A stretch of DNA of 64,000 bases, taken from NCBI RefSeq assembly GCF_009834535.1, contig NC_045724.1, positions 20,770,001 to 20,834,000 on the forward strand, written 5' to 3'. The DNA comes from Camelus ferus. Taxonomy: Eukaryota. Of this stretch, positions 13,161 to 24,235 are shown in pieces. The notes under the pieces are model-generated. The model searched no databases. It was not told the origin of the DNA and saw only the letters and a program-made list of their open reading frames with translations. Position 1 is the stretch's first letter, and each line of letters opens with the position of its first letter. A program made the position numbers and the translations under genes.

Positions 13161-13974
13161 GCAACCAGGATGTCCTTTAGTAGGTGAATGGATAAATAAA
13201 GTGTAGTACAGCCTGGCAACAGAGTTTATTATTCAGTGCTAAAAAGAAATGAGCTACCAAGATATGAAAAGACATGGGGAGACTTAAATGCATTTTACTA
13301 AGTGAAAGGCATCAATTTGAAAAAAGCTACATACTGTATGATTCCATGACACTCTAGAAAAAGTGAAACTTACAGAGACAGTAAAAAGATTATTGGTTGC
13401 CAGATGTTGAAGGGTAGCAGGGAAGGAAGAATAGGTGAAGAACAGAATTTTAGTGCAGTGAAAATTCTCTGTATGATACTATCATGATGGCTGTGTCATT
13501 GTTTATTTACAAATGTGTTTTATATACATTTCTCCAAACCCATAGAATGTCAAACACCAAGAGTGAGCCCAGTGTAAACTATGGACTTTGGGTGACTACA
13601 GTGTGCCAACATAGGCTCATCAGTTGTAACAAATCCACGTACGTTTCTCTCAATTCTTCTGTGAACCTAAAACGGCTCTTAAAAAAGTACTTTTAAAAAT
13701 AATAAAATAAAATTCAAAAATAATTAAAATGACCATATTGCAACCTTTAAATAAATTGCTTTAGGCAGTGATCATCATAGATAAATCATGAGATAAAAGC
13801 TTGACAATAAACAGCAGTCTGTCACCACCTGAAACCACTGATTACTTTTAGCATCTATAAAGTAGAACAACCAGACATTATGTATATGCTAAAGTAACTC
13901 ACTTTTATACGTGGGACGGTCCATGAAATATTCCTGCCTAAAAAAAAAGAAAAAGTTGTCCTGAATCTAAATTT

Positions 13975-14430
13975 TAATTTTATTTATTTAGTTGTTTTAT
14001 TAAGATATAATTCACATACCATAAAATTCACGCTTTCAAAGTGCACAATTTAGTAGTTTTCAGTGTATTTACAAAGTAGTGCAGCCATCACCGCTACATC
14101 TTATCACCTTTCAAAGAAGCTATCTGGCAGGAGTCATGCTCCTTTTTCTCTGTCCCTAAGCACCTGGCAACAACTAATCTACTTTCTGTCTCTATGAATT
14201 TGTCTATTCTGGAAATTGCATATAAGTGGCATCATACAAAATACAGCTTTTTGTGTCTGGCTTCTTTTACCTCGTATGATGTTTTCAAGGTTCAATCATC
14301 TTGTAGCATGAATAAATGCTTCTTTCCTCTTTATGTCTAAGCAATTATCCATGGTGTGGATAAGTCATAACTGTCTGTTTATCTGTTGATAGGTATTTGG
14401 GTGGTTTCTGCTTTTTAGCTGTTATTAATA
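13975..14430 (-). mobile_element. LINE-1 3' end (L1MB-like)
   Basis: 'agatataattcacataccataaaattcac...gtgcacaatttagtagttttcagtgtatttacaaag' is a canonical reversed L1MB 3' end. Confidence 0.8.
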
Positions 14431-14795
14431 ATGGACCTAGAGAGTATTGTGCTTAGTGAAATAAATCAGACAGAGAAAGACAAATACTCTATGTTACCAA
14501 AAAGAAATAAAATAAATGAGTACATATAATAAAACAGAAACAGACTCACAGATATAGAGAACAAACTAGTGATTACCAGTGGGAAGAGCTTAGGTGGGAG
14601 GGGCAAGATAGGGGAATGAAATTAAGAGATACAAACTGCTATATATAAAATGGATAAGCAACAAGGATATATTGCACAGCACAGGGAACTGTAGCCATTG
14701 CTTTGTAGTAATGTTAGTTGGAGTATAATCTGTAAGAGTACTGAACGTTGTACACCTGAAACTAAAATTGTAAATCAACTATACTTCAATAAAAA
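14431..14795 (+). mobile_element. LINE-1 3' end (laurasiatherian type)
   Basis: 'gacctagagagtattgtgcttagtgaaataaatcagacagagaaagacaaatac...tgtacacctgaaactaaaattgtaaatcaactatacttcaataaaaa'. Confidence 0.85.
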
Positions 14796-14799
14796 GAGC

Positions 14800-16165
14800 A
14801 TACAATCAGGATGGACCATATGTTAGGCCATAAAATAAGTCTTAAAAAAATTAAAAGGATTCGTCATCCAAATTTGTTGTCACAATTGAAGGGAATTAGG
14901 CAACTAATCAAAATTTTAAAGGCAAATTTTGAATGTATAGAAAACCTGGGCTACAGAAGAAGAGGTTATATGACACCATGTGGAAGCAAATGAGCAGATC
15001 CAGAATGTAGCCCATCCTGCATGAGAACGGAGCTAGCTTCTCAAAATTCAGTGGCATGAAAAATCAGGAGGTAGAAGAGAAGACAGCATGGTAGACTAAA
15101 ACACTTAGAATATGACATTTTGGGGGGATCCTAATTAAAACTTGTTAACTGTAAAAAAGAATTTTCAGGACAGTTAAAAATTTGACCTGAGCTAGATAAT
15201 GGATGAAACCAGACTAGTGTTGATTTTGTTAAGCGAGATCATGCTACTGTGGCTATGTAAGAAAACATCTATATATTTTAGCAATACTTCCTGAAATATG
15301 TGGAAGTTAATTAACATAATACATATAATTTGCTTTTTAAAACTTCAGCAAAATTAAAAATGAAATAAAGTGAAAGAATGCTAGGGACTAAAAAAAGAAT
15401 TAATTAAATAAGTCTGGCAAATTTGTATCCAGAATATTGATGCTAGGGATGAGTCTCCTGGGGTTGACTGTACTCTTCTTTGAGTATATTTGAATGTGTT
15501 CATAATAAAAAAAAAAATTAAAGCTTCTTGGATCTAGCAACTGTCTTGTGAGAAAAGGGACAGCGGCTGTATTAGGGACCTTGGTGGCCAAGGCAGTTGG
15601 CTGAGGTTTGATGCACCTGCTTTTGCTCTATGTTATCAATTCCCTTCTAATATGTTTCCTTATACTTGGCTAAATATTTGGAAATTTTATGCAATTTGCA
15701 TTGGGAGTGGGAGGAGATGTCAATAATTTAATCTACAGTACATCCAAAACATTGTCACAATTTAATAAATCTGGACAAAATTATGGCTTTAAATACCCAG
15801 ACTAGAAACCAAGAAAGCTAATATCAATGACTTAAGTATACAATTTGAGAATCTTTTTAAATTAATAAATAAACTCAAAAAAGAAATTTTTTGCAAGCAA
15901 ATTTTTGAAACTTTGATTTTGAAAAATAGAAAGAGAATACGAGCTATCAAAATTAAAATGTTAAAAGGGGGCATGGAATACAAGAAAAATTTTTGAATTA
16001 TAAAAGAATACTATAAATATATGCCATATTTTGAATGTAGGAAAAGATAAATTTTCAGAAAAAATGTATTATGAAATTGACATACAAAGAGATAGAAAGC
16101 CATAATAGTCCAATAATCTTAGATAAATTTGAAAAGAGTAAAACATCTTTCTTTTAAAAAAAAGT
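14800..16165 (+). mobile_element. Patchwork of old L1ME/L1MC fragments
   Basis: 'atggaccatatgttaggccataaaataagtc' (ORF2), an L1ME-type 3' UTR at 15.0-15.5 kb and ORF2-like A-rich text at 15.8-16.15 kb. Confidence 0.5.
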
Positions 16166-16169
16166 CATA

Positions 16170-16625
16170 AAAGAGAAAAAAATAATGCCATTTGCAGCGA
16201 CATGGATGGATCTGGAGATCATCATTTTAAGTGAAGTAAGCCAGAAAGAAAAAGAAAAATACCACATAATATCACTCATATGTGAAATCTAAAAATAAGA
16301 AAAAAAGAAAAAAGGAGACACTAATGAACTTGTCTATAAAATAGAAACAGACTCATAGACATAGTAAACAAACTTACGGTTACCAGGTGGGAAGGGATAA
16401 ATTGAGAGTTCGAGATTTGCAAATAATAACAACTATATATAAAATAGATTTAAAAAACAAATTTCTTCTGAATAGCACAGGAAACTATATTCAATATCTT
16501 GAAGTAACTTATAATGAAAAAGAATATTAAAATGAATATATGAATGTACATGTATGACTGAAACATTATGCTGTACACCAGAAACTGACACATTGTAAAT
16601 GACTATAGTTCAATTTTTAAAAAAA
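16170..16625 (+). mobile_element. Relatively young LINE-1 3' end with A-tail
   Basis: 'aataatgccatttgcagcgacatggatggatctggagatcatcattttaagtgaagtaagccagaaag...ctgtacaccagaaactgacacattgtaaatgactatagttcaatttttaaaaaaa', with low apparent divergence. Confidence 0.9.
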
Positions 16626-16769
16626 GGCACCTGGCTCAGGTATTTTTACATAACAGCCAAGAAAAATTTAGCCAAGAATGTAGGGTTGTTTTATGAATTG
16701 ATGAGCTGAGACTGACTTATATCAGTACATGAGAATTGGTTGTTAAATGATCAATGATTTTGTGCACCA

Positions 16770-16995
16770 ATGTCTGAGGGCAAGAGAAGATGGATGTCCC
16801 AACTCAAACAGCAAACTTGCCCTTTCTCTGCCTTTTTGCTTTATGTAGGCCCTCAACAGATTGGATGATGCCCACTTGCCTTGAAGGCGGTGATCTTAAT
16901 TTAGTTCACCAAATTCAAATGTTAATGTCTTCCAAAAAACCAGAAATAATGTTTTACCAGCTATCTGTGAATCCCACAAAATTAATTATCGCATG
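16770..16995 (-). mobile_element. ERVL LTR (MLT2-type), 5' portion
   Basis: 'ggccctcaacagattggatgatgcccac...ccagaaataatgtttt...aaaattaattatcgca' is the reverse complement of the MLT2 start (tgtgatggttaattt). Confidence 0.75.
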
Positions 16996-16999
16996 GAAC

Positions 17000-17600
17000 A
17001 ATTAGGGTTCTCATACATTGCTGGTGGGAATTAAAAAATAACTACAACCACGTTAGAAATATGTTTGGTAATTTTTTTTTATAATTAAACCTACCCTTAG
17101 CATTCAACCCAGAAACTCCACTGCTAGAAACTGAAAGACAGAAAATGAAAACATACATTCACAAAAAGGCTGGCCAAATGTCCATCAGCTAGTGAACGAA
17201 TATACAATTGTGGTATATCTATACAATGATATAGTCTCTGATGATAAAAAAAAAAAAACTGAATTCGTGTAATAATATGGATGAATGTGAAAAGCATTAT
17301 TCTAGGGGGAAGGGTACAGCTCAAGTGGTAGAGCGCATGCTTCTCACGCACGAGGTCCTGGCTTCAATCCCCAGTACCTCCATTTTAAAAAAATAGTGAC
17401 AAATAAATAAATAGACCTAATGACCTCTCCCTCCCCCAAAAAATTAAATTAAGTTTTTCCAAAAAAGCATTATTCTAAACAAAGAATTCAGACACTAACC
17501 CATTATAAATCAACTATACTTCAATATAAAAAGAAAGAATCTAGGCACAAACAGCTACATAGTTTATGATACCATTTATATGACATTCTGTAAAATTCCC
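17000..17600 (+). mobile_element. Old L1ME 3' fragment (host of the SINE)
   Basis: 'ctcatacattgctggtgggaatt...aattgtggtatatctatacaatg...gcattattctaa...tgataccatttatatgacattctg'. Confidence 0.7.
17305..17462 (+). mobile_element. Camelid tRNA-derived SINE (Vic-1)
   Basis: 'gggggaagggtacagctcaagtggtagagcgcatgc...gaggtcctggcttcaatccccagtacctcc' with Pol III A and B boxes and the Vic-1 tail 'aaataaatagacctaatgacctctccc'. Exact 15-bp TSD aaaagcattattcta at 17290-17304 and 17463-17477. Confidence 0.9.
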
Positions 17601-18704
17601 TTTTGTCCCCCAAGCATATATCCATGTCTTTATGTGAAATACAGTCTTCTCCTCACCTGGAAAACTTTACACATTATTCATGGTGCAAGTATCCACCAAA
17701 ATATATCAACCATTTGTTTTCCATGAAACTTTTTGGAAATTTCAGTTTTTTTAGAGGTGTTTTCCTTAGAATATGTGAATTCTTCAAGGACAAGACCCTC
17801 TCTCCTTTGTATCCTAGTGTTTGGCAATGACTGACACATGGTAGGACCTCAATCCATGTTGGACAATACGTTTAGTTTTTTGTGTTCCAGATTCCCTTTG
17901 AGCCAGCATTTCTACAATGAGAAATGATTCAACTACAATTAAGTTGTTGGTATTTTAATTTATTGGCATTGTATAATTACATAGAATAGTCCAAAGAAGC
18001 AGAGAATGTCTCAACAATGTACAGTAGAGTTTATTATAACCAAGGTTATTTTTCATATAAAAATATAGTTTTAAAGTGTATTTTTTCCTGGTCATTTGAT
18101 AGCAGAAACTAACAGTCTTTTCTTCCTTCCTTCCTCTCCACCTCCCTCCCTCTCTTTCTTCCTTTCCTTTTTTTTATTTTTCTTGTCAGTATTTCCAGCT
18201 AAGGAAATAAAAGGAGGTCACATTTAAATAGACACAGGAAAGACAGAGAAATCTGTTTAGTGGACACTGAGAAGATTCTGAGAGCTACTGTATAAGGAAG
18301 CTGGTGATAATTCTACTTTCACAGACACGCTGCCGCTGATATTTAAGCAAAATACACCAAGAAGAAGTGCTTATAGAAACAGGGCACTTCATTTCTATTT
18401 TCAAGCAGACTGCAAATTCCAAAAACTTCTTTCGAAAGGACTAACATGAATTCTCATTCATTTGTTAGGTTTGATTGCTCCTGAAAAAAGAGGTAAAGGT
18501 TTTGTTTTTTAAGATGTAAACCTGTGTCTGTCTATACAGACATAATTAAGAAAAGCATGCATAGTTAAAACAACTCTTATAGGTTAAAAAAGATACTTTT
18601 ATTTAAGGGCCTTGAGGTAGAAGTACTATACAATACTGCGCTAGTGACAGCATTTAAAATAACCAAGAGCGACAACAGAAACAACAACAAAAATCGAAAA
18701 CTAA

Positions 18705-18729
18705 GGTCAAATGAATTTGAAAGCAGTTT

Positions 18730-18781
<52 letters not shown>

Positions 18782-18976
18782 AGGGGAAATCTATCTTAAA
18801 GGATAACTTCAATGCATAGCACACATTTAACAAAATTAAATTTTCCCTGTGAAAGTAAGAGAGGAAATCGGAAAACATGGGTTCCCCACAAAGTTTGCTT
18901 TGCTAAAACTAGTCTTCATGCAATTCGGGTGTAGATGGTCTTGGACCACAGTCTCACGGAAAGAGTGGTGAGACCA
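18705..18976 (-). ncRNA. Candidate terminal exon of a spliced minus-strand transcript
   Basis: Acceptor 'ctcagtctccttctcttctcag|TGG' (AG at 18977-18978) and AATAAA at 18727-18732 (minus) just after the (TG)23 run. Inferred from motifs only. Confidence 0.35.
18733..18778. repeat. (CA)23 microsatellite
   Basis: Uninterrupted CA run. Confidence 0.98.
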
Positions 18977-19492
18977 CTGAGAAGAGAAGGAGACTGAGTT
19001 ACACAACCTGATGCTCCTGGGCCGAAGCAGCCAGCAGTCCCTCTGACCTGCGCCTCCACAATCCACCAACTCCAGATCATCAGCTCCATGCTGCCCTCCC
19101 TTCGCCTGGGCTTTCCTTCCGTGCCTCAAGGACCTAAGGCTCCGGATCATCCCTTTCTTCCTGCCCCACTCGCTTGTTCTCTGTGCTCTATCACGGGCTG
19201 TCGGTGTCTCCTCCTCTTGTGGCCGCTCACGAGAAGCCTCCTGTGTAAGTTCGCTTGCTTATTTCACCTGCTGCCCACCCATCTGGAGGGTTCTGTCTCT
19301 TTCTTTGGTCTCCCCTCCCCTTTGTGTACAGGGGCCCGTTTCAGATGACATCCTGGAAACTCCTGAGGAGGTTGCAAAGCAACATAGGCCAGTTTAACCC
19401 GTTTACCACAACTCAGCTCAAATTTCTAGAACGCCAGCGTGAGAAAACCTCAACGGGCAGGAAGGTCAGACACAAAGAGCGTGATGTCTTAC

Positions 19493-19720
19493 TCAACAGC
19501 AAGGATCAGATGTTCCTCTCAGAAGTAGGAAGGGCTGGTCCCCTGCTATATTCATATCAAAAATCAACACGTTGAAGTTCAGAATGAAGACTGAGGAAGG
19601 TGCAAACAAAGGCCAACCATAACGGATAGGACCAAGTCCAAAGGCGGCAAAAACTCTGGCAGAGGCAGTCGCAGAGAACCCTACACCTCCTGGAAAATTC
19701 TCTTCCTCCACTTTAACTGC
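19493..19720 (-). ncRNA. Candidate internal exon (228 nt), minus strand
   Basis: Acceptor 'gatattttatttcatag|GCAG' and donor 'TGA|gtaaga'. Confidence 0.4.
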
Positions 19721-22123
19721 CTATGAAATAAAATATCTGTAGCAGTGAAGAAATTTCGAAGTAGCCTAGAGGGGCCCTTGAGAGATTTGAACTTCAAAAG
19801 CTTCTGGAAGGGATCTCAACACCTGAGTCCCTAGGTCTCCTGAGACCACTGGTTTAAAAGGAGGGGGAGGCTTTTCTGTGGCACTGAGCTCCAAACGTAC
19901 ATTCCAGAACAGAAGCTGGGCCTAACTGCTCAGGATTTTTTTCAGTAAAGGCATAGGAGTCATTTGAGTTCCCTTTTCTGCTGTCCCTGCTTACCTGGAG
20001 GGAAAGTTTCAAGACAAATTCATGTCTATAAATTAAGATGATTTTGGGGGGAGCATTTACCATTGCTGCATCTCTTGGGGCCTAACCCTGTGATAGGGAC
20101 ATGGTTTGGAGCAGTAAGTCACTTTAATAGTCGCTATGCAAATCCCCGAGGGGCCGTTTGCAGGGGGAAACAGTCTCCACCACAGATAATGGAAACACAC
20201 AGACTTGAATCCTTTCCTGGCCCAGGGGATACCTAGAGAAACAAACCTGGAATGAATAAAGTCCCTCCAAAATGTCATGAAAAGTGTGTTTAAGTTTATA
20301 GTATAAACAAATTCACCTCAATACAAAATACAAGACAGAATATCAGTTAGTTGCCATTAATCAGGTTCCTCTGAGCTCTCAGATAAACCAGCTTCCCAGA
20401 TTTATAGCTCTTTCTGTAATACATAACTCTTGGAGTTAGAATCCTTGTAAATGAGGATGGTGATAATAATCTGAAAATGGTCTTCTAAATTTAAATGAGC
20501 TAATACAGTGCCTGACATATAGGAAATGCTAAATAAATGGGTTTCACTTTTCTATAAATATCTATTCCCCATCACCCTGACGTCTACTTTTTGCCCATTC
20601 TTCTTTAATGGGCCCTGAATTCATGATTGCACCACAAACCAATGTCAGAAAGACTCATCGCTGGATCATTCAGGACACTGGTCTCTACACTGCTCTTGAC
20701 ATTGTGGACATGGGATATGGACCAGCTGGTGTTATGTTTGAATAGAAATGGAGATTCAGAGCACAGATTTAATAGCGAGTCAAAGAACGTCTACCAGAGC
20801 AGCTCGTTAATTACATGTACCAAACACTATAATAACACAGCATCTATCCATCCAGGAAATGTTCCTTTACTTGCCGTTTGAAAGCAATGATTTCCATAGT
20901 TGAGTTGTGTACAATTATTCCTTCAGTGACTGAATGTCTGTTGAAAGTAGTTCAAGGGCTCAGAAAATTCTCTCAGATGTGACTCTAAGGCAGGAACAGT
21001 ACTTAGGATATTATAAAATTGCCTTCAAAATCCAGGTTAGCTAACATTTAACAAGTGCCCCCTGCAATGTCAGGTACCACTGGGTGCCAGCAAAAAAAGA
21101 CAAACAAAACAGGGTGGACTTTGCCTTCAGGAAGCCCAGAGACAAACAAGGGCATGACTTCAGTACCATGTGAAATGAAGTGTTATAATAGAGTAGGGAC
21201 GTCAGAGCCAGCTGTCCTGGGAGCAAGGGGATGGAGAGGCGACTGCTTACAAGAGGGGCTGTGTGAGGACCGTCTGAGACAGTGAGTGGCCCAAGCCAAG
21301 CAAAAGTTTGCAGCAGAGCATCGGAGGAGGGAAAGGGGGCAGACAGTGGTAGCCAGCTGGGGTCAGAGGGAACAAGTATCTGAATGTGGAGAACCTCTTA
21401 TGTATGATGTAAAAGGGCTTAGCACTCAAACCAGGGTGGACAGGGAGCTTCTGAGAAGCTTGCTCAGAGCAACGTCACGGTGAAAGCTGCCTTTTAGACA
21501 GCCGCCTCTGATAAGCCATCAGGAGATTTAGGAAAGTTCCGGCTTTGCCATGGGCCAGCTGTATGCTCTTGTGCATGTGGCTTACTCTATCTGGCCCCAA
21601 CATATTTTTCCGAATAACGGGAGGAAGTGGGATTTAATCATTCTTAATGTCTTTCTCAGACCTAAACTTCTGTTAGTCTATCGTCTTGAAGGTTGGGTGA
21701 TCCATTCACTTTAACATCTGTAGAAATGTGTGTATTTAGTCCTACAATCCCTCTGTTAAGAGTTAATAAAGATTATCTTTTAGCTGATTGAGGAGGTGGA
21801 ATGGGGTAAAAATGAGATACATTAACGCGTTTACTCAAGGAGTTTTATAAAGCAACTTGGGACCCTCGTGTCCAATTCATAATGAACACACCAAGTCTGT
21901 GGTTCATTACCTAATGGTAACGTTAGGTGACGTGGAACTTTCCCCTTTTAGAAAATGGTTTTGACCAAATTACTGACACCATCAGCCTGAGAGACTATAT
22001 GCACTCTCAAAGGTTAATGGACATTTCAAAGGCACCATGATTCAAAGTTTCTTTAAACTCTTTTATGCACTATAATGAGTTGCTCCTAGTCAACCTTGGG
22101 CACAGTCATTACTAAGGAGAATT

Positions 22124-22359
22124 NNNNNNNNNNNNNNNNNNNNNNNNNNNNNNNNNNNNNNNNNNNNNNNNNNNNNNNNNNNNNNNNNNNNNNNNNNNNN
22201 NNNNNNNNNNNNNNNNNNNNNNNNNNNNNNNNNNNNNNNNNNNNNNNNNNNNNNNNNNNNNNNNNNNNNNNNNNNNNNNNNNNNNNNNNNNNNNNNNNNN
22301 NNNNNNNNNNNNNNNNNNNNNNNNNNNNNNNNNNNNNNNNNNNNNNNNNNNNNNNNNNN
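22124..22359. other. Assembly gap (236 N)
   Basis: Run of N. Confidence 0.99.
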
Positions 22360-22707
22360 CAAGTATTTAAACAAAGGGTCCTAGTAATTTCCAGCAACCA
22401 AAAAAAAAAAAAAAAAAAAAAGGAAAAACATTCAATCTTCTCTTTTAAACTAAAAATACCAAGATATCTTTTGTTCCTCCCTCATGACACTCCCTAGATT
22501 TTGAAATTCTAATAGTAAAAAGGATAATAAATGACAGGTAGGCATGGTATATTGAATCTGTGAATAAGAAATTGTTTACTTCTCAGTACAATTAATGACC
22601 AGCTTTACTATACCTGACTAATTGGCTAGTTCACACGAAGTTTTATCAAAAAATTATTTCTGTAGACATAAATTCCTACCCATGGTGAAACTAAATATTT
22701 TGCTACT

Positions 22708-22847
22708 NNNNNNNNNNNNNNNNNNNNNNNNNNNNNNNNNNNNNNNNNNNNNNNNNNNNNNNNNNNNNNNNNNNNNNNNNNNNNNNNNNNNNNNNNNNNN
22801 NNNNNNNNNNNNNNNNNNNNNNNNNNNNNNNNNNNNNNNNNNNNNNN
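22708..22847. other. Assembly gap (140 N)
   Basis: Run of N. Confidence 0.99.
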
Positions 22848-22923
22848 ATTTATATTGCACTGCACTGTCCTCTAATTGACCTTGTTTGTGCAACGGAATG
22901 GCCGCCTTTCTCAAGCTGCCAGC

Positions 22924-23167
22924 NNNNNNNNNNNNNNNNNNNNNNNNNNNNNNNNNNNNNNNNNNNNNNNNNNNNNNNNNNNNNNNNNNNNNNNNNNNNN
23001 NNNNNNNNNNNNNNNNNNNNNNNNNNNNNNNNNNNNNNNNNNNNNNNNNNNNNNNNNNNNNNNNNNNNNNNNNNNNNNNNNNNNNNNNNNNNNNNNNNNN
23101 NNNNNNNNNNNNNNNNNNNNNNNNNNNNNNNNNNNNNNNNNNNNNNNNNNNNNNNNNNNNNNNNNNN
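22924..23167. other. Assembly gap (244 N)
   Basis: Run of N. Confidence 0.99.
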
Positions 23168-23259
23168 CCGACACACTCCCCTTTGCCACTGCTTCATGGA
23201 ATCCAAGCTATAAATGGCTGCAAACCAAAACACATACAGAGACAAAGGCAAATACTCAC

Positions 23260-23349
23260 AGTCGTCCGTCAGCAGCGGCTTCACCTGACTTGGCCATTCT
23301 TTTCTGATAGTGTCCTTAAAACAGATTCTTTTTCTGCAGCCGAGTCTGC
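23260..23349 (-). ncRNA. Candidate internal exon (90 nt), minus strand
   Basis: Acceptor 'cttgacttattactacggcag|GCAG' and donor 'ACT|gtgagt'. Contains an ATG in strong Kozak context (agaATGG) at 23297. Confidence 0.45.
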
Positions 23350-23539
23350 CTGCCGTAGTAATAAGTCAAGCAGAGTTAAAAGTTAAACGTGTTAGGACTC
23401 TATGTCTAACTGAGGTGTGACATGTGGCAAGGCTGAAAAAGCTGCATAAGAAACACATCGCTTCTGGACTGTCGAAATTACAGAAAAATTTATCGATGCT
23501 TCCTCATACCCCACCCACAGCAAGACGATTTCTGCCCTC

Positions 23540-24235
23540 TCTGTTCCATTGAACCCATTTTTCCATTACAACAAAATCAAATCAATTATTTCCAGTCCTT
23601 ATCTTCTCAGCCATACTTACTATGAAACACCCTCCTTCGTCACACATTCTCATCTCTGGAATCTTGTCTCTTGGATCCTGTCCTCTCAGGGCTGAGGTGC
23701 CTCTCATCTTCTCCTAGACCTTCTTCTCTTCTCACTTTAGTGGGGCCCCTTTGTATAAAACCTCATCCTTTTCCCTGCCTGTGATTCCTTTCAGTTTCCA
23801 TGTACTGACTCCCAAGTATTGACTCCTGGCTTTCTCTCCACACATGTCCTCTTCATAAATCTAGTTGTCCCATCAGTGTTTTGACCTCATATCTCAGACT
23901 CATAGCATCATCTCCCGTTAGGTTTTCCAGTTGAGTGAATGGCCATCTGTTAAATACGCAAGAACCTGGAACTTCCCTTGGAATCCTCTCTGTCCTTCAC
24001 CTTCCACACCCAATCAGTCCTCAAGTTCTCCTAATCTACTCCTTAATCTTGTAACCTGGCCATCCCTCACCTCCATCATTTCCATGGCCTTCACACTGCT
24101 TGGGCTCTCCTTCAAGGCCGTCCTGATCAGCCTCCCTGACTCCACATTCGACCCTGCCCCCACCATTGAAGTGTCTACCCTGAAACTAACTTTATCTTCC
24201 TAAAAATCAAATCTGTTTACATCATATCTCTGTTA
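23540..24235 (+). mobile_element. L2 LINE remnant
   Basis: Pyrimidine-rich L2 RT-region text ('gaacctggaacttcccttggaatcctctctg...cacccaatcagtcctcaagttc...ctactccttaatc'). Confidence 0.65.

Larger units (their letters stand above)
9690..13720 (+). mobile_element. Near-full-length ancient LINE-1 (L1MC-like), decayed
   Basis: ORF1-like region at ~9.9-10.7 kb ('gggcttattagtaggctggacacagatgaggaaagaatctctg'). ORF2 endonuclease start at ~11.19 kb (tcaataatcactttgaacagcaatggtctaaaagcaccaattaagagacagagactg, a decayed SIITLNVNGLNAPIKRQRL). ORF2 C-terminus and an L1MC-type 3' UTR at 13.16-13.7 kb ('gtaaactatggactttgggtga'). Many stops and frameshifts. Confidence 0.85.

Noticed and set aside
17305-17380. 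tRNA-like sequence (also at 35477)
   Set aside because: It is the head of a Vic-1 SINE with tail and TSD, not a functional tRNA gene.
22086-23386. ORFs of 79-166 aa in the track around 22-23 kb, and similar ones at 5.5, 13 and 45.9 kb
   Set aside because: They are open only because they run through N-gaps.
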